NCBI GenBank assembly: GCA_016871995.1
Contig: VHBL01000002.1
Span: 90,001 to 122,000 of the forward strand
DNA length: 32,000 nucleotides
Origin: Nitrososphaerota archaeon
Lineage (GTDB): Archaea; Thermoproteota; Nitrososphaeria; Nitrososphaerales; UBA57
Direction of reading: 5' to 3'
The notes beneath the pieces are model-generated. The model ran no database searches. It saw only the letters and a program-made list of their open reading frames with translations, and was not told where the DNA came from. A program made the translations under genes and the position numbers. Below, piece by piece: positions 26,366 to 32,000 of this stretch (the stretch's first letter is position 1; the number at the start of each line of letters is the position of its first letter).

Positions 26366-27538
26366 TTATTTCAGAATTGGAAGTTTCTGTTTCTTTTTCC
26401 TGCAGAGTTTCTTCAACAGCTCTAACGAATCTTGCACATCTACCAAAGAACGGGTTTCAAGATAGCCGTCTTTTATCGCATCATCAACAAATTTCTGCCC
26501 AGCAGCAGTTCTTGTTATGGTCATGGTCCAACCGGAAAGTCCTATTCCTCCGAGACCAATATCTGCGAGCTCTGCAGAATAATCCTTGCAGTATTCACAT
26601 GCTGGTCTTGCGTACTTCCTGAAATCCTTCAGAGAGAGTTCGTACTCCTTGCTCTCTGTCCTTATGATCACTTTTCCCTTTATGTTAAAGTACTTTATGT
26701 CATCAATGTTTATTCCTAACTGTTCTGCAAGGTCAACTATCCCTTCGTAAACAAAGGCTTCTGAGCAGAACAACCCTATTGTAAGGGTGACATTATTTCT
26801 GTACCATTTTGCAATAGGCCCATAAACTCCGCCATGTTGGATAGAACGCAAACCGTCTATTTGACAGGGAACTCCTACTACGGCTATAGGTGCAATATTC
26901 TTCGAGAAAGCCTCTTCTACAGCAAGCATATTTGGAGAATAAACGTACCTTGAACCACTACTCGACAGCAGAGCCTCCTTACTGGTTGCAAGCTTGTGTA
27001 CCGGCATGCCCGGGGTTTCTTTTGACACATCTCCTACAACTGCACCTTTGATCAGACTTTTTTCCAAGCCGTAGAGCAGTAACGTCGTTGCCGTTCCCCC
27101 ATCCTGAGCCCTTGTCCGAACTTCTGGGATTGTACTCCTTGACAGGAATATGTCAAGGTAAAAGCCGAAATCGTCTGTCTTTCCATTCAGATTCCCGAAT
27201 ACCTTGTCCCTAAGACCTGCAGTTACGGGCATTTCTGGGCAGACTTGAACACAAAGACCACAATCTGTGCATCTGTCTGTTCTTATATCCTCTGGATGAT
27301 TTTCTGAATAAGTGAATACATCCCAAGGGCAGATTACGACGCATGCTGTGCAGCCACTGCATATTCCAGTATGTACTATCTCCTCCATAAGAAAGTCGAC
27401 TGCTCTGTAATTCGTTTGGCGCTTTCCTTTGTACCTCTCATCAAACCATGCCCTAGCTTTTGGATCTTCCGTCAGGACAGAATATTTTTCTCTGATCTGC
27501 TCTAGTTTCTTCAGAAGGTTTTCAGAGGACAATAGCAC
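26366..27538 (-). CDS. Coenzyme F420 hydrogenase/dehydrogenase beta-subunit family protein (FrhB/FdhB-like) with an N-terminal 2x[4Fe-4S] ferredoxin domain
   Basis: 390 aa. It has CSGCTACVVICP and CTDCGLCVQVCP cluster motifs followed by FrhB_FdhB-like N- and C-terminal regions. Confidence 0.8.
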   Translation of the reverse strand: MLLSSENLLKKLEQIREKYSVLTEDPKARAWFDERYKGKRQTNYRAVDFLMEEIVHTGICSGCTACVVICPWDVFTYSENHPEDIRTDRCTDCGLCVQVCPEMPVTAGLRDKVFGNLNGKTDDFGFYLDIFLSRSTIPEVRTRAQDGGTATTLLLYGLEKSLIKGAVVGDVSKETPGMPVHKLATSKEALLSSSGSRYVYSPNMLAVEEAFSKNIAPIAVVGVPCQIDGLRSIQHGGVYGPIAKWYRNNVTLTIGLFCSEAFVYEGIVDLAEQLGINIDDIKYFNIKGKVIIRTESKEYELSLKDFRKYARPACEYCKDYSAELADIGLGGIGLSGWTMTITRTAAGQKFVDDAIKDGYLETRSLVDVQDSLELLKKLCRKKKQKLPILK

Positions 27539-27547
27539 TTTTTGAAA

Positions 27548-27596
27548 TCTGGATTATTTTAGTCTTGTTTGAATTCATACCAGTTCTGGATTATTT
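27548..27596. repeat. Two perfect 12-bp direct repeats, TCTGGATTATTT (27548-27559 and 27585-27596)
   Basis: Read directly from the sequence. The copies start 37 bp apart and lie within 60 nt upstream of the FrhB-like start codon (27538, minus strand). Confidence 0.6.
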
Positions 27597-28143
27597 GTGG
27601 TGTTGCATCTTTAGTAGAGACGCATACCAAAACTAGTCAATGCCGCTGTTGGTATAAAGTGACAGTGCATCTATCAAGGTCAAATCTAGATTTCCCGGTT
27701 TTTATCATCGAATCTGAGTCTAGTTTAAGGCTCTTTGGCTGGAAGATGGATGCAAAATTCTATTTTAGGTGTGGCGACTCTGTCAAATGCCTTTAGGTCA
27801 CTTTTTCCCGTAACTCTGAATCGTCATCGTCGCCACTTATTCTCACGGTAAAGCTTCATAATAACTGTTCCCTTGATCAGCCGAAGCATTTCCTCGCACG
27901 TACTATTTGAGTCTAAATACAATGCAAGAGAAAGAAAATTGCACATAGGGTTTAACTCATAACGCAAGCACTAGAGTACTTTACTCAACGACTCATCGCA
28001 AAGATGAATGAGAGAGTTGACAGTCAATTAACAGTGCCTCATAGAGACGAGTTTCTATTCTTTGCCTCATCACTACTCCCCCTTCCCGTAGCTAGACTCA
28101 GTCCCCTCAATCGGGAGTCATGCGTGTGTGTACATTTTCTAGC

Positions 28144-28151
28144 TTTATATT
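28144..28151 (+). promoter_or_regulatory. Strong TATA-box consensus (TTTATATT) about 100 nt upstream of ileS
   Basis: It is a near-perfect match to the archaeal TTTAWATA consensus. It predicts a transcription start near 28174, just before the hairpin at 28176-28201. Confidence 0.45.
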
Positions 28152-28183
28152 GTAGCCCCTGTCTATAGAAGCTAACCTGAGGA
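28150..28183 (+). repeat. 34-nt intergenic motif, copy Y (TTGTAGCCCCTGTCTATAGAAGCTAACCTGAGGA)
   Basis: 28/34 positions are identical, in direct orientation, to 20544-20577. It abuts the TATA box and overlaps the 5' arm of the hairpin. Confidence 0.7.
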
Positions 28184-28246
28184 TGTCCATCCTTGCTCAG
28201 GACACTTAGGAGAACTTTTTTACCCGAAACAGATACGCCTTAAAGA

Positions 28247-31200
28247 ATGTCCTTGTTTGACGGCGAGCTAGAGCCTGTGTTTGATCCTAAGAAGATAGAG
28301 GGCAGGGTCAGAGACTACTGGAAATATATAGACATAAAGACTCAAATTAGAAAGGAAGTTTCCAAAGACAAGCCCGTAGGATACATTGAAGGTCCTCCTA
28401 CTCTAAACGGAGAACCACACATAGGACACATCCGAGGTAGAATAATGAAGGACGTATGGTACAGATTTTTAACGCTCAATAAAACGAATATCGTCTACAG
28501 AGCTGGCTGGGATACACAGGGCTTGCCAGTAGAGCTGCAAGCTGAAAAAGAATTGGGACTGACAGGAAGCAAGGTAGAGAACATCAAAAGGGTAGGAGAG
28601 GAAGCTATAGTAAATGCCTGCAAGAACCTTATCAAAAGGTACTATAAAAGCTGGGAGAAGGCCGACGAGCTTCTTGGTATGCTAATGGACTATGACAAGG
28701 CATACTGGACTTACAAAGACGAGTATATAGAAAGAGAATGGAGATACCTTCAAAGAGCTTGGGAGAGGGGTCTGCTGGCTGAAGGGTTCAGGGTAGTTGC
28801 CTATTGCCCGAACTGTCAGACCTCGTTGAGCCATAAAGAGGTTGGATTAGGATATGAAACTGTAGAAGACCCCTCATTGTATTACAAGGTAAAACTTGCT
28901 GATGAAGATGCCTTTCTTCTTGTGTGGACAACCATGCCTTTTACCGTTGTAACTGACGAAATGGTAGGAGTTAAGCCAGATGCTGAGTATTCTTATGTCA
29001 ATGTCAATGGGGAAACTTGGATAGTCGCAAAGGACAGAATAGATGACATAATGAAGATGCTTCGCATAGATAATTATAGAACTGCAAAGACAGTAAAGGG
29101 AGCAGATCTTGAGGGAAAGCGCTACATACATCCCCTAGCAAAGAAGCATATTCCATCACTAGCTAAGCTTGCAGATGGAAACAAGGTACACTTTGTCGTG
29201 GCAGAGGAATGGGTTGATATAACTACGGGGACTGGATTGGTACATCTATCACCTGCTAACGGCGAAGAAGACTATCAGGTGGCTCTCCGTAGGAGCATCC
29301 CAGTATTCTGCCCCATAGACGATCAAGCCAAATTTACCAAAGAAGCTGGTGATTTCGCAGGTTTGTTTGTTAGAGACGCAGACAACAAAGTTGCAGAAAT
29401 GCTGGAAGAAGAAGGAATGTCGTTGAGATATTCAACTATAAAACACGAATATCCTCTATGCTGGAGGTCACGCCATAAGCTTGTCTGGCTTGCAAGGAGA
29501 GAGTATTTTTACTGGGTCGAGAGACTAGGCGATCTAGCAGTAGAAGCGGCGCAGAAGGTGGAATACTTCTACGAACCCCCAAAGAACAGATTCATCGAAA
29601 TAATAAAGGAGAAGGTTCCTTGGTGTATTTCCAGAGAGAGGATATGGGGCACTCCTCTACCAGTTTGGGTCTGTACTCAATGCGGAGAAAAAACTGCAGT
29701 GTTCAGCAGAAAGGAGATCATAGCAAGCGCAATTGAGCTCCCCGATGGAGAGAACTTTGAACTCCATAGGCCTTGGATAGATAGGGTTATCCTGAAATGT
29801 CAGAAATGCGGAGGGAAACAGCGAAGGGAGCAATTTGTACTTGACACTTGGCACAACAGCGGAGCCGCACCATATGCATCATTTACCGATAAAGAGTATG
29901 ACCAGTTAGTACCCGCATTTTTCCTGACGGAAGGGATAGACCAGACGAGAGGCTGGGCCTACACTTTGTTAATTGAGCATGTAATAATGACTGGCAGTCC
30001 AGAGGCACCGTACAAGTCGTTCTTGTTTCAAGGGCATGTTCTAGATGAAAAAGGGAACAAGATGAGCAAGAGCCTTGGCAATGTCATCGAAGGTATACCA
30101 ACATTAAGTGACAATCCAGTTGACATAGTACGCTTCTACATGATGTGGAAGGCCTCTCCTCTTGACGGTTTGAGCTTCAGCTACACAGAGATGAAGACCA
30201 GAGCCTTCCAAATAATCAACACTATTTACCATTTGCACAAGTACTTCCAGCAGAACAGCAGATACGATGGATTTGATGCGAAGAAACATACACTGGAATG
30301 GTCTGAAAAAAAGAAACTTTTCAAGGCTTCCGAATACTATCTGCTTTCCAAATTGGAACAAATGAAAGAGTCAGTAACCAGAGGATATCAAAGGTGCAGG
30401 TTCCAAGACTCTGCAGCTGCGATAGACGCGTTTGTCATAGGCACTTTGAGCCAATCTTACCTACCTATGATAAGGGGAGAACTCTGGGACGACAGGGAAG
30501 AAACACTAGAAAGGAGACTTGCGATATACGCTATACTTGGGCATGCGCTGATGCAGATTGACATTCTAACACATCCAATCTCACCATACATAACAGAGGC
30601 ACTCTACCTGCAGGTCTTTTCGCCAGGAAAGTCTATACTCCTTGCTGAGTGGCCTTCCATAAAGCAACAATTGAGGGATAAGAAGCTTGAAGAAACCTTT
30701 GCCGCAATCGATACGATTATATCTGTTACAAACGCTGCCAGAATGAAGGCAAAGGCAAAGCGGAGATGGCCTATGAAGAGTGCAACAGTCCTTGTGCCAG
30801 CGACTATTAAGGGAGCGATCAATGAACATTTAGAGCTCCTGAAGGAGATGACAAACGTTAAGCAGATCGAGTTAAGTGACTCTGTAGAAAACGTTCCAAT
30901 AAAGCTGAAACTGAAACCTAGGTGGGACTTGCTTGGTCCGATATTCAAGTCTGCACTAGGCAAAGCTAGAAAGGAGTTTGAGATGTTAGATCCAATACAG
31001 GTTAAGGAGAAACTAGACAATAGAGAATTTTTTGTATTAACAGTAGATTCACAGGAGTTCAGACTTTCACATAAGGAAATGGAGTTTGAGTTCGTCTCTG
31101 ACGAGCGACATGTAGTCGTAGAGAGGGAGAGCTACGTGGTTGCCTTATTGGCTGAGCGTGATATAGAGCTAGTTGCAGAAGGAACGATGCGCGACATAGC

Positions 31201-31435
31201 TAGAAGGTTGCAATCTTTGAGGAAGGAGAGAGGTTACAGCCCCACCGAAATACTTGATACAGCTTACATTGCTGGACTAGAGAGCGATTTTGCAGATACA
31301 GTTGCTAGAAAGAAAAGTGAACTTGCCTTCTTGGTACGCGTGAAGAAGGTCGAAATTGTTGATGATAACACAAAAGGGATAAAGTGGTCTGAAACAGAAC
31401 TTGATGGCAAAACATTCAAGATCGCTGTTCAGTAA
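28247..31435 (+). CDS. ileS: Isoleucyl-tRNA synthetase
   Basis: 1062 aa with PPTLNGEPHIGHIRG (HIGH), KMSKSLGN, an editing (CP1) insertion and Cys-pair zinc motifs (CPNCQ, CTQCG...CQKCGG). Confidence 0.95.
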   Translation: MSLFDGELEPVFDPKKIEGRVRDYWKYIDIKTQIRKEVSKDKPVGYIEGPPTLNGEPHIGHIRGRIMKDVWYRFLTLNKTNIVYRAGWDTQGLPVELQAEKELGLTGSKVENIKRVGEEAIVNACKNLIKRYYKSWEKADELLGMLMDYDKAYWTYKDEYIEREWRYLQRAWERGLLAEGFRVVAYCPNCQTSLSHKEVGLGYETVEDPSLYYKVKLADEDAFLLVWTTMPFTVVTDEMVGVKPDAEYSYVNVNGETWIVAKDRIDDIMKMLRIDNYRTAKTVKGADLEGKRYIHPLAKKHIPSLAKLADGNKVHFVVAEEWVDITTGTGLVHLSPANGEEDYQVALRRSIPVFCPIDDQAKFTKEAGDFAGLFVRDADNKVAEMLEEEGMSLRYSTIKHEYPLCWRSRHKLVWLARREYFYWVERLGDLAVEAAQKVEYFYEPPKNRFIEIIKEKVPWCISRERIWGTPLPVWVCTQCGEKTAVFSRKEIIASAIELPDGENFELHRPWIDRVILKCQKCGGKQRREQFVLDTWHNSGAAPYASFTDKEYDQLVPAFFLTEGIDQTRGWAYTLLIEHVIMTGSPEAPYKSFLFQGHVLDEKGNKMSKSLGNVIEGIPTLSDNPVDIVRFYMMWKASPLDGLSFSYTEMKTRAFQIINTIYHLHKYFQQNSRYDGFDAKKHTLEWSEKKKLFKASEYYLLSKLEQMKESVTRGYQRCRFQDSAAAIDAFVIGTLSQSYLPMIRGELWDDREETLERRLAIYAILGHALMQIDILTHPISPYITEALYLQVFSPGKSILLAEWPSIKQQLRDKKLEETFAAIDTIISVTNAARMKAKAKRRWPMKSATVLVPATIKGAINEHLELLKEMTNVKQIELSDSVENVPIKLKLKPRWDLLGPIFKSALGKARKEFEMLDPIQVKEKLDNREFFVLTVDSQEFRLSHKEMEFEFVSDERHVVVERESYVVALLAERDIELVAEGTMRDIARRLQSLRKERGYSPTEILDTAYIAGLESDFADTVARKKSELAFLVRVKKVEIVDDNTKGIKWSETELDGKTFKIAVQ

Positions 31436-32000
31436 GCTTCCTCCAATCTTTCGAAACTCCAGCAATTTTAGCCACAATACCTGTCAAAGGCTTCATCCTG
31501 CTAGGTAAGAATTTATGCAAAAATGTTAGATCATCAACGGTGAACGTTCTAAATACACGCAAGAGGGCTATATAGATTATCGCCCCACAAGGCACCAGTA
31601 TTACCAAGGCGGCTAGCTGCCTTACATATCCGCCTATCATAGACGACAGGACTCCAAGTACTGTCCCCATTGTTATGCTGGCAGAGATTGAGGATAGCAG
31701 AGCTCTTCCATCAAGGACAAAGTACCCTAGCTTATTTGAAGAGTAAATAATCATGGCAGCTACTACAAATATCATTATCGCCCTTGCAAGGGCAGCGCCA
31801 ACAAAGTTTGAAATCGGAACAAGTGCTGTTAGAACTATCACAAAGACCAGTAGCCCAACAACGTTTGCTAACATGATCCACTTGACTTTGTCTGCCGCGA
31901 CGAGTTGTGCGTTGTATACTGACGTAAAGGAAGTGAGTGCAACTGCAATTGAAATTATTGCCGCTGGCAAGGCGCTGCTAGAGTAATCTGGACCAAAGAG
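31416..32000 (-). CDS. C-terminal part of a polytopic membrane protein, possibly a MOP/Wzx-type flippase. It is truncated by the window edge.
   Basis: It has several hydrophobic helices. The frame stays open upstream of the TTG at 31970 through base 32000, so the gene very likely begins outside the window. It overlaps the ileS 3' end convergently by 20 nt. The family assignment is weak. Confidence 0.45.
   Translation of the reverse strand, partial: LFGPDYSSSALPAAIISIAVALTSFTSVYNAQLVAADKVKWIMLANVVGLLVFVIVLTALVPISNFVGAALARAIMIFVVAAMIIYSSNKLGYFVLDGRALLSSISASITMGTVLGVLSSMIGGYVRQLAALVILVPCGAIIYIALLRVFRTFTVDDLTFLHKFLPSRMKPLTGIVAKIAGVSKDWRKLTEQRS

Noticed and set aside
27569-27796. 75-aa plus-strand ORF in the ileS-upstream gap
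   Set aside because: It has an unusual Cys/Trp/Phe-rich composition, no motif, and no promoter or ribosome-binding context. It is most likely a chance ORF in non-coding DNA.
28020-28075. Possible C/D-box sRNA on the minus strand (GTGATGA, 12 nt, 4 nt, spacer, ATGAGG, 13 nt, CTGT)
   Set aside because: The spacing fits a C/D sRNA, but only the C box is good. D' (AAAC), C' (AUGAGG) and D (CUGU) all deviate from consensus, and no terminal stem is evident.
1-32000. CRISPR arrays, rRNA genes, transposases, integrases and prophage structural genes
   Set aside because: I looked for regularly spaced repeats and for recognisable recombinase, transposase or capsid motifs in all long ORFs and found none.

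Overview
The window reads as a compact archaeal chromosomal segment. The evidence is TATA-type promoters about 27 nt upstream of gene or tRNA starts, frequent TTG/GTG starts, short gene overlaps, a bulge-helix-bulge tRNA intron, and archaeal-type ArcTGT, RNase J, LSm, NMNAT and proteasome beta genes. The gene content and the non-canonical tRNA intron suggest a TACK/Thermoproteota-like lineage, but that is inference only. Most of the window is housekeeping: three class I aminoacyl-tRNA synthetases (ArgRS, CysRS, IleRS), tRNA-Arg(CCG), Asd, an Lrp regulator, an Obg-family GTPase, two MBL-fold nucleases, LSm, ArcTGT, a class V aminotransferase, NMNAT, RtcA and proteasome beta. The parts that deserve a second look are:
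1. An overlapping gene pair (3015-5352) encoding an HExxH protein and a Pol-beta nucleotidyltransferase fused to a RIO/Bud32-like kinase domain.
2. A hicBA cassette inserted at the 3' end of rtcA, with a displaced duplicate of the rtcA terminus.
3. Two head-to-head ORFs 5 bp apart that look like halves of one secreted-domain protein, possibly split by an inversion.
4. A 7.6-kb minus-strand block: FrhB-like protein, orphan methyltransferase, small membrane protein, 1010-aa multi-repeat surface protein and FtsX permease. It is bracketed by an imperfect 34-nt direct repeat. Two of its genes lack a canonical start where one is expected, and a single in-frame TAG separates the surface protein from the permease.
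5. An ORF-poor region of about 700 bp upstream of ileS.
I saw no CRISPR array, rRNA, transposase or integrase.
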